Assembly: GCF_017348835.2 (NCBI RefSeq)
Contig: NZ_CP071375.1
Reading direction: 5' to 3' (one strand)
From: Escherichia coli
Lineage (GTDB): Bacteria; Pseudomonadota; Gammaproteobacteria; Enterobacterales; Enterobacteriaceae
Length of the DNA stretch: 64,000 nt
The notes under the pieces are model-generated. The model was not told the origin of the DNA. It saw nothing but the letters and a program-made list of their open reading frames with translations, and did no database searches. This document shows, piece after piece, positions 10,458 through 21,100 of this stretch; position 1 is the stretch's first letter, and every line of letters begins with the position of its first letter. The position numbers and the translations under genes are program-made.

Positions 10458-12335
10458 TTGGCGCTGAATGCGGGCGGGTTTCCGGTCATCATCCAGACGC
10501 AGGGCACAGAGGGCGGGGTGCGTAATGAGCGGCAGGAGCGTGATGCGCTGGGCCGCCTGCTGCGCAGTGACACGCAGCACAGTACACGGACCTTCAGCTA
10601 CAACCGTCTTGACCAGATAACGGAAGTGACGCTCACCCCCACGGAAGAAGGGGAACGGCTGCACCACATGCAGGCGGACACGGTGCGCTTTGCGTATGAC
10701 CGCAGCGGCTGGCTGACGGCAGAGCACAGCGTGCACGGCAGCATAAAATATCAGCGTGACGCGCTGGGCAATCCCACCGACATCACGTTACCGAACGGGC
10801 AGCACCTCAGCCATCTTTACTACGGCAGCGGGCATCTGCTCCAGACGGCACTGGACGGTATCACGGTCAGTGAATATGAGCGTGACAGTCTGCACCGTCA
10901 GGTGATGCGCACGCAGGGGAAACTGGCGACGTTCAGCGGCTACAACGCCGACAACCGGTTAAGCTGGCAGCGCAGCCTGCCAGGTGGCAGCCAGAACCCA
11001 CAGCAGGCCGGTAACCCCCCGGCGCAGAAAGACAGCGTGACAGCGCGGGATTATATCTGGAACGCAGACGGTGAAGTCGGCGGCATCAATGACAAACTGC
11101 GCGGTTGCCTGGTGTTCAGCTATGACCGCAGCGGCTGGCTGACCAGTCGCACGGGTCAGATGTACGACCATGACCATTATTATTACGACAAAGCGGGCAA
11201 TCTGCAGACGGATGAGCATCAGGGAGCGGTGCCGGATAACCGCCTGCCGGGCTACGGGCGTGACCGCTACCGCTATAACGAATGGGGCGAACTGACAGAG
11301 CGCAGGGACCAGCAACTGGAGTGGAATACGCAGGGCCAGTTAACGCGGGTCATCAGCAGCAACAGCGAGACGCGGTATCAGTATGATGCGCTGGGCAGGC
11401 GTATCAGCAAGGCGACCAGCAATCTCCATACCGACCGGGGAGAACGAAGCCGGACAACGTTTGTGTGGGAAGGGTTCCGGCTGTTGCAGGAGACAACGTG
11501 GCAGGGAAAGCGGACATACCTGTACGACGCGGAACAGCCGTACACGCCGGTGGCGGCCATCACGGGGCGCGGAGAGAGCCAGAAAATCTGGTATTACCAC
11601 ACGGACCTGACGGGCACGGTACACGAGGTAACCGCGCCGGACGGGACGCTGGTGTGGGCGGGCTACCAGGCGGGATTTGGTGAAAACCGGGGCGACATCA
11701 GCAACAGCGGGGCGTACTTTGAGCAGCCGCTGCGGCTGCCGGGGCAGTATTATGATGAAGATACGGGGCTGCACTATAATCTGTTCAGATATTATGCGCC
11801 GGAGTGCGGGCGGTTTATCAGTCAGGACCCGATAGGGCTGGCGGGAGGAATAAACCTATATGCTTATGCGCCTAATCCGCTAAGTTATATTGATCCTCTT
11901 GGGCTTTGTAAATTAAGGGGAAGCGATGGGCGCTACAGAAGTGCACAGAATATTCAGGAAGAAATAGGCGGCCTACCCAATTTTGCAGGAAAAACTCCAG
12001 GAGAAATACGACAAACTTTGCGTAATCGAGGTTATTCGTCGGTACAAGCGTATAGTGGAGGAGAGGTCTGGACAAAAGCATTACCTGACGGAAATACTGT
12101 TGCAGTGAGGCTTGATCCGGCAAATCCTCGCTCACCTTCACATTATGCTGATGCTGTACCTCATGCTCATATTGAAACAGTTCCAACATCCAGTGTTTCT
12201 AATGGGAATTATCGCCCGCGAGACGTGACTGGCAGGCATACTGCCACTGGTGGGGTTTCTGATCGAGGAACAAATCCGAATCATAACGCTGATGTTTACA
12301 TTCCAATGTCTCCGGGACGATTCCCATATGATTAA
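10458..12335 (+). CDS. Orphan rhs fragment with toxin tip CT4
   Basis: Rhs core similarity from ~10458 (ORF-track start 10371 is a read-through of the SymE antisense). DPLGL at 11892-11906, then a ~143-aa unique tip with no recognised family. Confidence 0.7.
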   Translation: MALNAGGFPVIIQTQGTEGGVRNERQERDALGRLLRSDTQHSTRTFSYNRLDQITEVTLTPTEEGERLHHMQADTVRFAYDRSGWLTAEHSVHGSIKYQRDALGNPTDITLPNGQHLSHLYYGSGHLLQTALDGITVSEYERDSLHRQVMRTQGKLATFSGYNADNRLSWQRSLPGGSQNPQQAGNPPAQKDSVTARDYIWNADGEVGGINDKLRGCLVFSYDRSGWLTSRTGQMYDHDHYYYDKAGNLQTDEHQGAVPDNRLPGYGRDRYRYNEWGELTERRDQQLEWNTQGQLTRVISSNSETRYQYDALGRRISKATSNLHTDRGERSRTTFVWEGFRLLQETTWQGKRTYLYDAEQPYTPVAAITGRGESQKIWYYHTDLTGTVHEVTAPDGTLVWAGYQAGFGENRGDISNSGAYFEQPLRLPGQYYDEDTGLHYNLFRYYAPECGRFISQDPIGLAGGINLYAYAPNPLSYIDPLGLCKLRGSDGRYRSAQNIQEEIGGLPNFAGKTPGEIRQTLRNRGYSSVQAYSGGEVWTKALPDGNTVAVRLDPANPRSPSHYADAVPHAHIETVPTSSVSNGNYRPRDVTGRHTATGGVSDRGTNPNHNADVYIPMSPGRFPYD

Positions 12336-12346
12336 TGTGAGGTTTT

Positions 12347-12610
12347 ATGAATATCCGAAATCAATATAATGAAGCCTTAAATAAATTAGAAGTTGATGTT
12401 AATGATGGTTTGAGAGATTTAATAAACATATATTGTGTGGCTATTGATTCTTTTGAAAATGATATCGTTGACTCGATTGCTTTATACGTGATTGATATGG
12501 GAAATAAAGATACTTGTCGATATCTACAAGAAGTCTTATCAGAGAATGAAGATCCTTATTTAGTAAAAGAATTTAATGCATGGATAAAAGAAATTAAGAA
12601 AAAATATTAA
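12347..12610 (+). CDS. Putative immunity protein for CT4 (87 aa)
   Basis: AT-rich ORF 11 bp after the CT4 stop. Confidence 0.5.
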   Translation: MNIRNQYNEALNKLEVDVNDGLRDLINIYCVAIDSFENDIVDSIALYVIDMGNKDTCRYLQEVLSENEDPYLVKEFNAWIKEIKKKY

Positions 12611-12615
12611 AATAA

Positions 12616-12655
12616 AAGCCGGGAAGGTTATAAAATCTTCCCGGCTTTTTATTTT
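12616..12655. terminator. Intrinsic terminator hairpin (9-bp stem gccgggaag/cttcccggc) with T-tract
   Basis: Perfect inverted repeat followed by tttttattttt. Confidence 0.6.
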
Positions 12656-12900
12656 TAATTCTCGTTCAGTACACTAAACATCCCGTCCCGCATCCCCTTA
12701 ACCGCCTGTTTAACCTGATAAAGTTCCCTGCGCAGTTCCTGTACTTCGTTGTTATCGGCAAGCAGGATCAGGCAGCCTTCCGAGATCTTCACAGTAACGC
12801 CCGTGCCGATCGAAAATTCCGCTTCTCTCAGCCATTTGGCGCTGATTTTGATCACCGGCGTGTCGCTGCTGTTGGGCAGATATCCTACGGTACAACGGCG
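12655..12900 (-). CDS. SymE-like toxin homologue (AbrB-fold type I toxin family), possibly defective at its start
   Basis: 66-aa track ORF begins at a GTG; the SymE-like frame extends further upstream (TPEVTISKTQRRCTVGY...) with no in-frame ATG, while an ATG sits in another frame. Confidence 0.5.
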   Translation of the reverse strand, partial: RRCTVGYLPNSSDTPVIKISAKWLREAEFSIGTGVTVKISEGCLILLADNNEVQELRRELYQVKQAVKGMRDGMFSVLNEN

Positions 12901-13001
12901 TTGTGTTTTGGAAATGGTGACTTCTGGCGTAATATCATGTTTAAGTTAGGGGCTTTCGTAGTCATACCCCGACTCTCCCCGGCCCTAAACACAACCCCCA
13001 C

Positions 13002-13781
13002 TCACCACAACCTAAACTCATCCGCATCCTGCCATGCCGGAAACTTTTCTCTATATTCCCGCAATGCCATCATCGACAGCTCCGCATCAATGCGCGTTGC
13101 CTGATGCGCGTCGGCAGTAGCGATAATCTCGCCTTGTGGATTAATCACCCGGCTGTCACCGCGATAATGGCAGCCGTTGCCATCGCTGCCGACGCGATTG
13201 CATCCCGCCACATACGCCTGATTCTCAATCGCGCGGGCCGTCAGCAATGCCTGCCAGTGCAGAGAGCGCGGAGCAGGCCAGTTGGCGACGTACAGGGCGA
13301 GGTCATAATCGTTGAGATTGCGCGACCACACAGGAAAACGTAAGTCGTAGCACACCAGCGGCAAAATACGCCAGCCGCGCCATTCCACAATCACTCGCGC
13401 ATTGCCCGCTTTATAATGCAGATGCTCATCAGCCATTCGGAACAGATGACGCTTATCATAAAAATGTACCGTGCCGCCCGGCTCAACCAGCAAAAAGCGG
13501 TTAACTGAACCAGACTCCGTTTGTAATGCAACACTGCCTGCAATCAGCGCATTGCACTGCTGCGCTTTAGCTGTCATCCAGTTCACTACGTCATCTTGCG
13601 CTAGCGACGAAGCTGCCGCTTCCATGGCAAAGCCGCTGGTAAACATCTCCGGTAGAACGATCACATCGCGCCCGGTAATACCTTCCAGTTGACGATCAAA
13701 ATGACGCAGGTTGGCAGGACCATCCATCCACACCAGTGGTTGCTGCAAAAGCGTAATCTTCAAACCAGGCACGGTGTACAA
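13002..13781 (-). CDS. yafV: Omega-amidase / nitrilase-family hydrolase YafV
   Basis: 259-aa product ...PGLKITLLQQPLVWMDGPANLRHF... matches YafV. Confidence 0.9.
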   Translation of the reverse strand: MYTVPGLKITLLQQPLVWMDGPANLRHFDRQLEGITGRDVIVLPEMFTSGFAMEAAASSLAQDDVVNWMTAKAQQCNALIAGSVALQTESGSVNRFLLVEPGGTVHFYDKRHLFRMADEHLHYKAGNARVIVEWRGWRILPLVCYDLRFPVWSRNLNDYDLALYVANWPAPRSLHWQALLTARAIENQAYVAGCNRVGSDGNGCHYRGDSRVINPQGEIIATADAHQATRIDAELSMMALREYREKFPAWQDADEFRLW

Positions 13782-13925
13782 CTCCTTTATGCGAAGGGTT
13801 TTATAACTTTAACACCTTATCAGGCAGTTGCCTTAGCGCAGAATAAATTGATAACAAATGCTGATATTGGAAATATCTGATTTGCAAATTATCGTGTTAT
13901 CGCCAGGCTTTAGGAGGTTAATAAC

Positions 13926-14399
13926 ATGGGCAGGATAAGCTCGGGAGGAATGATGTTTAAGGCAATAACGACAGTCGCCGCTCTGGTCATCGCCACCAGT
14001 GCAATGGCGCAGGATGATTTAACCATTAGTAGCCTTGCAAAGGGCGAAACCACCAAAGCTGCGTTTAATCAGATGGTGCAAGGGCATAAGCTGCCTGCAT
14101 GGGTGATGAAAGGCGGTACTTATACTCCCGCACAAACCGTAACGTTGGGAGATGAGACGTATCAGGTGATGAGCGCGTGCAAACCGCATGACTGTGGCTC
14201 GCAACGTATCGCTGTGATGTGGTCCGAGAAATCTAATCAGATGACGGGGCTGTTCTCGACTATTGATGAGAAAACGTCGCAAGAGAAACTCACCTGGTTG
14301 AATGTGAACGATGCGCTTTCGATTGATGGTAAAACGGTGCTGTTCGCGGCGTTGACCGGCAGCCTGGAAAACCATCCGGATGGCTTTAATTTTAAATAA
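13926..14399 (+). CDS. ivy: Inhibitor of vertebrate lysozyme
   Basis: 157-aa product with signal peptide and the CKPHDCG motif. Confidence 0.9.
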   Translation: MGRISSGGMMFKAITTVAALVIATSAMAQDDLTISSLAKGETTKAAFNQMVQGHKLPAWVMKGGTYTPAQTVTLGDETYQVMSACKPHDCGSQRIAVMWSEKSNQMTGLFSTIDEKTSQEKLTWLNVNDALSIDGKTVLFAALTGSLENHPDGFNFK

Positions 14400-14413
14400 T
14401 TAGCGGATAAAGA

Positions 14414-14440
14414 AACGGAGCCTTTCGGCTCCGTTATTCA
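14414..14440. terminator. Bidirectional terminator hairpin between ivy and fadE
   Basis: acggagcctttcggctccgtt. Confidence 0.5.
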
Positions 14441-14441
14441 A

Positions 14442-16886
14442 TTACGCGGCTTCAACTTTCCGCACTTTCTCCGGCAACTTTACCGGCTTCGTCGCCAGCT
14501 CTTCCGGATCAAAGTCATCAACGTTAATACTGCGCAGACGGCTTTCTTCCGCTTTCACCAAAATGGCGGCTTCATCTTTATCAATCAGCCCCTTCGCCAG
14601 CGCGTTGTGCGCCAGTTCATCCAGACGGGTAAATGGCAGATTTTTACCCAGCTCTTTACAGATCCGCTGATGAATCGGGTCGGCGGCAATCACATCCACC
14701 AACGCCTCTTCCAGTAAACCAACCGGATTATGCTCGCTCGGCGTCAGGTACTGACCGCGACCAATACGTGAGCGAGTGGCGTTCGGCACTTGTAAAATCT
14801 TCGCCACTTTATGATCCAGCTTGTCAGACGGTGCCAGATAATGACGTCCGGTCGGGAAGATCACTACATTCAGCAGCCCGGCAACCACGCGGTTCGGGAA
14901 GTTTTGCAGTAAATCGTCCATCGCCTGTTCAGCCTTATACAGCGCATCCTGTACGCCCCAGTGCACCAGCGGCAGATCGGCTTCATTACGGCCTTCGTCG
15001 TCATAACGCTTCAGAACGGCGGAGGCGAGGTAGAGCTGGCTTAAAATATCCCCCAGACGTGCCGAGATACGCTCACGACGTTTCAGGCTGCCGCCCAGCA
15101 CTGCCATCGAGACATCAGAAAGCAGGGCGAGGTTGGCGCTCAGGCGGTTAAGATGCTGATAGTAGCGTTTAGTGGCATCGCCGGTTGGCGTGCTGCTGGT
15201 TAAACCGCGCGTCAGGCCCAGCCAGAAGCTGCGAACTTTGTTGCTACCGACGTGACCGATATGTTTGAACAACAGTTTATCGAACGCGTTAACGTCATTG
15301 TTCTTCGCTGCTTCCATCTCTTCCAGCACGTACGGATGGCAACGAATCGCCCCCTGGCCGAAGATCATCATGCTGCGGGTCAGAATGTTAGCCCCTTCAA
15401 CGGTGATGGCAATCGGTGCGCCCTGGTAAGCACGCGCCAGGAAGTTGCTTTGCCCGAGCATAATGCCTTTGCCACCAGTGATATCCATCGCATCAATAAT
15501 CGACTGCTGCCCGCGGTGGGTACAGTGATACTTAACGATAGCCGACAGCACGGCAGGTTTTTCGCCGAGCATAATGCCGTAGGTAATCAGCGATGCCGCA
15601 GCATCCATTACATAAGCGTTCCCGGCAATACGCGCCAGCGGCTCTTCAATCCCTTCCATCTTACCAATAGAAATTTTGAACTGACGACGAATGTGCGCAT
15701 ACGCACCCGTTGCCAGCGCTACTGATTTCACGCCGCCGGTTGAGTTGGAAGGCAAGGTGATGCCGCGGCCTACCGAGAGGCACTCCACCAGCATCCGCCA
15801 GCCTTGCCCGGCCATTTTTGGTCCGCCGATGATGTAATCGATCGGTACGAAGACATCTTTACCGCGCGTCGGTCCGTTCTGGAAAGGTACGTTAAGCGGG
15901 AAGTGGCGACGACCAATTTCCACGCCCGGCGTGGTGGTCGGGATCAGCGCACAGGTAATACCTAAATCTTCTGCGCCACCCAGCAGCTTTTCCGGGTCGG
16001 AGAGTTTAAACGCCAGCCCAAGCACAGTCGCAATCGGTGCCAGCGTAATGTAGCGTTTGTTCCAGGTCAGACGCATCCCCAGCACCTGCTGGCCCTGCCA
16101 TTCGCCCATGCAGACAATCCCGGTGTCCGGAATCGCGCCCGCATCGGAACCCGCTTCCGGGCTGGTTAGTGCAAAGCAAGGGATTTCCTGACCACGCGCC
16201 AGACGCGGCAGATAGTGATCTTTCTGCTCGTCAGTGCCGTAATGTTGCAGCAGCTCGCCCGGGCCTAATGAGTTCGGCACGCCGACGGTAATCGCCAGGA
16301 TCCCGCTCACGCCGGAGAGTTTTTGCAGCACGCGAGACTGGGCATAAGCCGAGAACTCCAGCCCGCCGTACTCTTTTTTGATGATCATCGCGAAGAAACG
16401 ATGCTCTTTAAGGTACGCCCACAACTCCGGCGGCAGATCCGCCAGTTCATGGGTGATCTGGAAATCATTCGCCATCCGGCAGGCTTCTTCTACCGGGCCG
16501 TCGAGAAACGCTTGCTCTTCAGCCGTCAGGCGCGGCTGCGGATAGTTATGCAGCTTTTTCCAGTCCGGCTTGCCCTGGAACAAGTCGCCCTCCCACCAGG
16601 TGGTGCCCGCATCAATCGCTTCTTTCTCAGTGCGCGACATCGGCGGCATCACCTTACGGAAACCACGAAATACCGGCGCGGAAATCATCGACTTACGCAT
16701 AGGCGCAAAGTTAAATGGCACGAGGATAATGGCCAGAGGCACCAGTACCCACGCCGACCACAGACCAGCAACGCCGAGGGCGGCTGTCCAGGCGAGCAAA
16801 ATCAGACTGCTGATAAATAAGCTCACGCGGTGATAGAACAACGCGCCGAGCAGGACAACCGTAGCGAGAATACTCAAAATCATCAT
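14442..16886 (-). CDS. fadE: Acyl-CoA dehydrogenase FadE
   Basis: Track ORF 14442..16964; start placed at the internal [13 protein letters not shown]. Confidence 0.9.
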   Translation of the reverse strand: MMILSILATVVLLGALFYHRVSLFISSLILLAWTAALGVAGLWSAWVLVPLAIILVPFNFAPMRKSMISAPVFRGFRKVMPPMSRTEKEAIDAGTTWWEGDLFQGKPDWKKLHNYPQPRLTAEEQAFLDGPVEEACRMANDFQITHELADLPPELWAYLKEHRFFAMIIKKEYGGLEFSAYAQSRVLQKLSGVSGILAITVGVPNSLGPGELLQHYGTDEQKDHYLPRLARGQEIPCFALTSPEAGSDAGAIPDTGIVCMGEWQGQQVLGMRLTWNKRYITLAPIATVLGLAFKLSDPEKLLGGAEDLGITCALIPTTTPGVEIGRRHFPLNVPFQNGPTRGKDVFVPIDYIIGGPKMAGQGWRMLVECLSVGRGITLPSNSTGGVKSVALATGAYAHIRRQFKISIGKMEGIEEPLARIAGNAYVMDAAASLITYGIMLGEKPAVLSAIVKYHCTHRGQQSIIDAMDITGGKGIMLGQSNFLARAYQGAPIAITVEGANILTRSMMIFGQGAIRCHPYVLEEMEAAKNNDVNAFDKLLFKHIGHVGSNKVRSFWLGLTRGLTSSTPTGDATKRYYQHLNRLSANLALLSDVSMAVLGGSLKRRERISARLGDILSQLYLASAVLKRYDDEGRNEADLPLVHWGVQDALYKAEQAMDDLLQNFPNRVVAGLLNVVIFPTGRHYLAPSDKLDHKVAKILQVPNATRSRIGRGQYLTPSEHNPVGLLEEALVDVIAADPIHQRICKELGKNLPFTRLDELAHNALAKGLIDKDEAAILVKAEESRLRSINVDDFDPEELATKPVKLPEKVRKVEAA

Positions 16887-17125
16887 AACGAAAAGCCCCT
16901 TACTTGTAGGAGGTCTGACCACTTGTGATGATATGGTTGTAGTGGATGTAAAAACATTTAGCAATGTGTTTACAATATAATTACAACAAAGCTCACATTG
17001 TTGCTGTTTTTATCCGCACTTCAGGTCAAAAAGTCCTGGTCATAGCACCTGCCCGTACTTCTCGCTTTTGGCGGTATCCGGTACACTGCATTTTGTCTAT
17101 TACATTTATGCTGAAGGATATCCTC

Positions 17126-17704
17126 ATGTACCAGGATCTTATTCGTAACGAACTGAACGAAGCGGCGGAAACGCTGGCTAACTTTTTAAAAGATGACGCC
17201 AATATTCACGCCATTCAGCGCGCGGCGGTCCTGTTAGCAGATAGCTTTAAAGCCGGTGGCAAAGTGCTTTCCTGCGGCAACGGCGGCTCCCATTGCGACG
17301 CCATGCACTTTGCCGAAGAACTGACAGGTCGCTACCGTGAAAACCGTCCGGGCTACCCGGCGATTGCCATTTCTGACGTTAGTCATATTTCCTGCGTCGG
17401 TAATGATTTCGGTTTCAATGATATTTTCTCCCGCTATGTTGAAGCGGTAGGTCGCGAAGGCGATGTACTGCTGGGGATCTCCACCTCCGGTAACTCTGCA
17501 AACGTGATCAAAGCGATCGCAGCGGCGCGTGAGAAGGGGATGAAAGTGATCACCCTGACCGGTAAAGACGGCGGCAAAATGGCTGGTACGGCGGATATCG
17601 AAATTCGCGTTCCGCACTTTGGTTATGCCGACCGCATTCAGGAGATTCACATTAAAGTAATCCATATCCTGATCCAGTTAATTGAAAAAGAGATGGTTAA
17701 GTAA
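17126..17704 (+). CDS. gmhA: Phosphoheptose isomerase
   Basis: [21 protein letters not shown]...; track ORF has an upstream in-frame extension that I trimmed. Confidence 0.9.
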
Positions 17705-17850
<146 letters not shown>

Positions 17851-17909
17851 AAATTCTTAAATCAATCTTCGCCGGGGGCCATGCGCTCCCGCTGTTGTGG
17901 AGGTTACCC

Positions 17910-18677
17910 ATGTGCGAATTGCTCGGGATGAGCGCCAACGTCCCTACCGATATCTGCTTTAGTTTCACCGGTCTGGTGCAGCGTGGTGGTGGAACCGGGC
18001 CACATAAAGATGGCTGGGGCATTACCTTTTACGAAGGTAAAGGCTGTCGCACATTTAAAGATCCACAACCCAGCTTTAATTCCCCCATCGCCAAACTTGT
18101 CCAGGACTACCCGATAAAATCCTGTTCGGTGGTGGCTCATATTCGCCAGGCTAATCGGGGCGAGGTGGCGCTGGAAAATACTCACCCATTTACCCGCGAG
18201 TTATGGGGGCGTAACTGGACTTATGCCCATAACGGACAACTGACGGGCTACAAATCACTGGAAACCGGCAACTTCCGCCCGGTAGGCGAAACCGACAGCG
18301 AAAAAGCCTTCTGCTGGCTCCTGCATAAATTAACGCAGCGTTACCCGCGCACACCGGGCAACATGGCGGCGGTATTTAAATATATCGCCTCACTGGCGGA
18401 TGAACTGCGGCAGAAGGGCGTTTTCAACATGCTGCTTTCTGACGGGCGCTATGTAATGGCGTATTGCTCGACTAATTTACACTGGATCACCCGCCGCGCG
18501 CCGTTTGGCGTGGCAACGTTGCTGGATCAGGATGTGGAAATCGACTTCAGCTCGCAGACCACACCGAATGATGTGGTCACGGTGATTGCAACACAGCCGC
18601 TGACGGGCAATGAAACCTGGCAAAAGATTATGCCAGGCGAATGGCGCTTATTTTGCCTCGGGGAGCGTGTAGTTTGA
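17910..18677 (+). CDS. yafJ: Class II glutamine amidotransferase-like protein YafJ
   Basis: [19 protein letters not shown]... (N-terminal Cys nucleophile). Confidence 0.85.
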   Translation: MCELLGMSANVPTDICFSFTGLVQRGGGTGPHKDGWGITFYEGKGCRTFKDPQPSFNSPIAKLVQDYPIKSCSVVAHIRQANRGEVALENTHPFTRELWGRNWTYAHNGQLTGYKSLETGNFRPVGETDSEKAFCWLLHKLTQRYPRTPGNMAAVFKYIASLADELRQKGVFNMLLSDGRYVMAYCSTNLHWITRRAPFGVATLLDQDVEIDFSSQTTPNDVVTVIATQPLTGNETWQKIMPGEWRLFCLGERVV

Positions 18678-19388
18678 TGCCAGCTGTGGTTGCACAACTT
18701 CGTGGCTTAACGGCTTGCTGACCACGTAACGACCATTGACCACAGAAACGGTCGGTGGCTTACGGGTTTGCTCAAAGTAGTCGTAACCCGGCTTCAGTTG
18801 CTCCCAGAAGTCCTTAAAGTTGGAATATTTATGGCGCTTCATATTGGCGTCGGTCATGCGGAACGGGTAAATACTCACTTGCACGCTCGGCTGACCAAAC
18901 ACCAGCGCACCAGTAACGAACTGGAAGATCTCATCAATACCCTGATTGGTCATTGCGTAGCAGCCGATGGAAACACAATCGCCGTGGATCATCAGATATT
19001 TCCCTTCATAACCATGCGCACGGTCATAGGCATTGGGGAATCCAATATTAATCGCTTTGTAGTAACGGCTGTCTGGTTTTAATTGATTACGCTGGACGCT
19101 ATAAAACCCTTCCGGGCTTTTGAAATCGCCCTGACGCTGTTTTGGCCCTAAGCCGCCGGAATATTTACAGATTTTATAGCTGTCGAGCAGTTGATATTGC
19201 TCGCCCATTTTGACGTAGAGATCGAGCGTACGTTCTTCCTTGAAGATCTGGATGTAGACAGGGGATCCCATCAACTGCTGCTTATACTCTTTGCTCACTG
19301 GCGTGGTCGAGCTACTGCTGCCCAGCAAACCGGCAAACGAAACGCACGGGATCAACAACATCGCAAGAATTAATGCGATTTTACGCAT
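18648..19388 (-). CDS. yafK: L,D-transpeptidase-family periplasmic protein YafK
   Basis: 246-aa product with signal peptide. Confidence 0.85.
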   Translation of the reverse strand: MRKIALILAMLLIPCVSFAGLLGSSSSTTPVSKEYKQQLMGSPVYIQIFKEERTLDLYVKMGEQYQLLDSYKICKYSGGLGPKQRQGDFKSPEGFYSVQRNQLKPDSRYYKAINIGFPNAYDRAHGYEGKYLMIHGDCVSIGCYAMTNQGIDEIFQFVTGALVFGQPSVQVSIYPFRMTDANMKRHKYSNFKDFWEQLKPGYDYFEQTRKPPTVSVVNGRYVVSKPLSHEVVQPQLASNYTLPEAK

Positions 19389-19543
19389 ACTGCTTATTCC
19401 TTGATAAAACGGTTACACACGCCAGGACGGCAAAATGGATCCCAAATCGGAATAGTCTGGATTTGGAAGGCTCACATTATCACCAAAAGAGTTTTACGCA
19501 AGCCTGTCGGCGCAGGGTTTACAAATTTCATCGGAAGCGGGCT

Positions 19544-19822
19544 TTACCCAAAGAGCACCGCGTGAGTTCCAGTTCTCTCAAATCGTAAAAGTTTATCGGT
19601 AAGTTTGTAAATCAGGAGCCAGTCCGGTTCGACATGAGCATCGCGATAACCTTTCCATGAACCCTGCAGCGGGTGGTCTTTATAAACAGCTGGAAGCGGT
19701 AAAGTATTATTGATAAGAAGCGTCATAAGATATTTCAATTTATTCATATCATTATGACGCTTTTGTGCAAGTTTTACATCCTTTGAAAATTGTCCCGAGT
19801 ATTCAATATCCCTTTGAATCAT
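19544..19822 (-). CDS. yafQ: Type II toxin YafQ (RelE-like mRNA interferase)
   Basis: 92-aa product MIQRDIEYSGQFSKDVKLAQKRH... Confidence 0.9.
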   Translation of the reverse strand: MIQRDIEYSGQFSKDVKLAQKRHNDMNKLKYLMTLLINNTLPLPAVYKDHPLQGSWKGYRDAHVEPDWLLIYKLTDKLLRFERTGTHAVLFG

Positions 19823-19824
19823 AT

Positions 19825-20085
19825 TTAAATTCCTAATTTATCAAATAAATCATCGGCGTCTTTGGCCTTATGAACATCAACGCCAGCTTCGCTGTTTTTG
19901 ATTGATTGAATGGTTAATTGATTAGGCTCGCGTAAATCAAACGGCAATGCCTTTTCACGCGCGACCTTTGTGAGGGTTATGCGAACCAGGTCAGAGATGG
20001 TCAGCCCCATCCCGGCCAGTACGTCCGCCGCCTGATTCTTCAGATCTTCATCGATTCGGGCGCGAACAAATGCATTTGCAGCCAT
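19825..20085 (-). CDS. dinJ: Antitoxin DinJ
   Basis: 86-aa product MAANAFVRARIDEDLKNQAADVLAGMGLTISD... Confidence 0.9.
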   Translation of the reverse strand: MAANAFVRARIDEDLKNQAADVLAGMGLTISDLVRITLTKVAREKALPFDLREPNQLTIQSIKNSEAGVDVHKAKDADDLFDKLGI

Positions 20086-20101
20086 TGGGGTATCTCCTGT
20101 G

Positions 20102-20117
20102 CTGTATATATATTCAG
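20102..20117. promoter_or_regulatory. Putative LexA (SOS) box upstream of dinJ-yafQ
   Basis: CTGTATATATATTCAG, one mismatch to CTGT-N8-ACAG. Confidence 0.5.
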
Positions 20118-20294
20118 CTTGAATTGTAGCTCAATTGAGCAACAGCGGCAATTCATGAGCAATTCAATAAACTGATGTATTTACATAATTCACTGAAATA
20201 TATATGTTAATTTTATAATAATGGTTTATTAAGTTTGTTCAGAAACGATCCGGGATACACTGCAACATTAAAGCATGACCAGCCATTATTGAGT

Positions 20295-21044
20295 ATGTCC
20301 TTGCCGTCGATTCCATCCTTTGTATTGTCGGGATTACTGTTGATTTGTTTGCCGTTTTCTTCATTTGCCAGCGCCACCACATCACATATCTCTTTCAGCT
20401 ACGCCGCCCGCCAGCGGATGCAAAACCGTGCGCGTTTATTAAAACAGTACCAAATCCATCTGAAAAAACAGGCCAGCTATATTGTGGAAGGCAATGCCGA
20501 AAGCAGAAGGGCGCTACGCCTGCACAACCGCGAACAGATAAAACAGCACCCGGAGTGGTTTCCTGGTCCGCTCAAGGCGAACGACCGACGCTGGCAGGCG
20601 CTCGCAGAAAACAACCATTTCTTAAGCAGCGACCACCTGCATAACATCACCGAAGTGGCGATTCACCGCCTAGAGCAGCAGCTTGGCAAGCCTTACGTCT
20701 GGGGCGGCACGCGGCCCGATAAAGGCTTCGACTGTAGCGGGTTGGTTTTTTATGCCTACAACAAGATCCTTGAGGCGAAGCTCCCGCGCACGGCCAATGA
20801 GATGTATCACTACCGCCGGGCAACGATTGTGGCGAATAACGACCTGCGCCGGGGAGATTTGCTGTTTTTCCATATTCACAGTCGTGAGATTGCCGACCAT
20901 ATGGGGGTGTATCTGGGCGATGGGCAATTTATCGAGTCGCCACGCACCGGGGAAACCATTCGGGTAAGCCAGTTAGCTGAACCTTTCTGGCAGGACCATT
21001 TTTTGGGCGCGCGCAGGATTTTGACGGAAGAGACGATTTTGTAA
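20295..21044 (+). CDS. yafL: NlpC/P60-family lipoprotein peptidase YafL
   Basis: MSLPSIPSFVLSGLLLICLPFSSFA... signal/lipobox-like N-terminus; Cys-containing DCSGLV motif. Confidence 0.85.
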   Translation: MSLPSIPSFVLSGLLLICLPFSSFASATTSHISFSYAARQRMQNRARLLKQYQIHLKKQASYIVEGNAESRRALRLHNREQIKQHPEWFPGPLKANDRRWQALAENNHFLSSDHLHNITEVAIHRLEQQLGKPYVWGGTRPDKGFDCSGLVFYAYNKILEAKLPRTANEMYHYRRATIVANNDLRRGDLLFFHIHSREIADHMGVYLGDGQFIESPRTGETIRVSQLAEPFWQDHFLGARRILTEETIL

Positions 21045-21100
21045 ATGGGTAATATTGACGAACTGGCAAAAGGCCGGATGCCACACGGCATCCGACTTGT

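Noticed and set aside
4330-12335. Possible CRISPR-like periodic repeats
   Set aside because: The repeats are kilobase-scale protein-coding rhs cores at a 2586-bp offset, not short direct repeats with unique spacers. No CRISPR array is present in the window.
14633-16833. Plus-strand ORFs of 87-172 aa antisense to fadE
   Set aside because: They are fully contained in the fadE coding region; fadE identity is unambiguous.
16964-17125. 54-codon N-terminal extension of gmhA in the ORF track
   Set aside because: The conserved GmhA N-terminus ([10 protein letters not shown]) starts at 17126; the extension runs through the promoter region.
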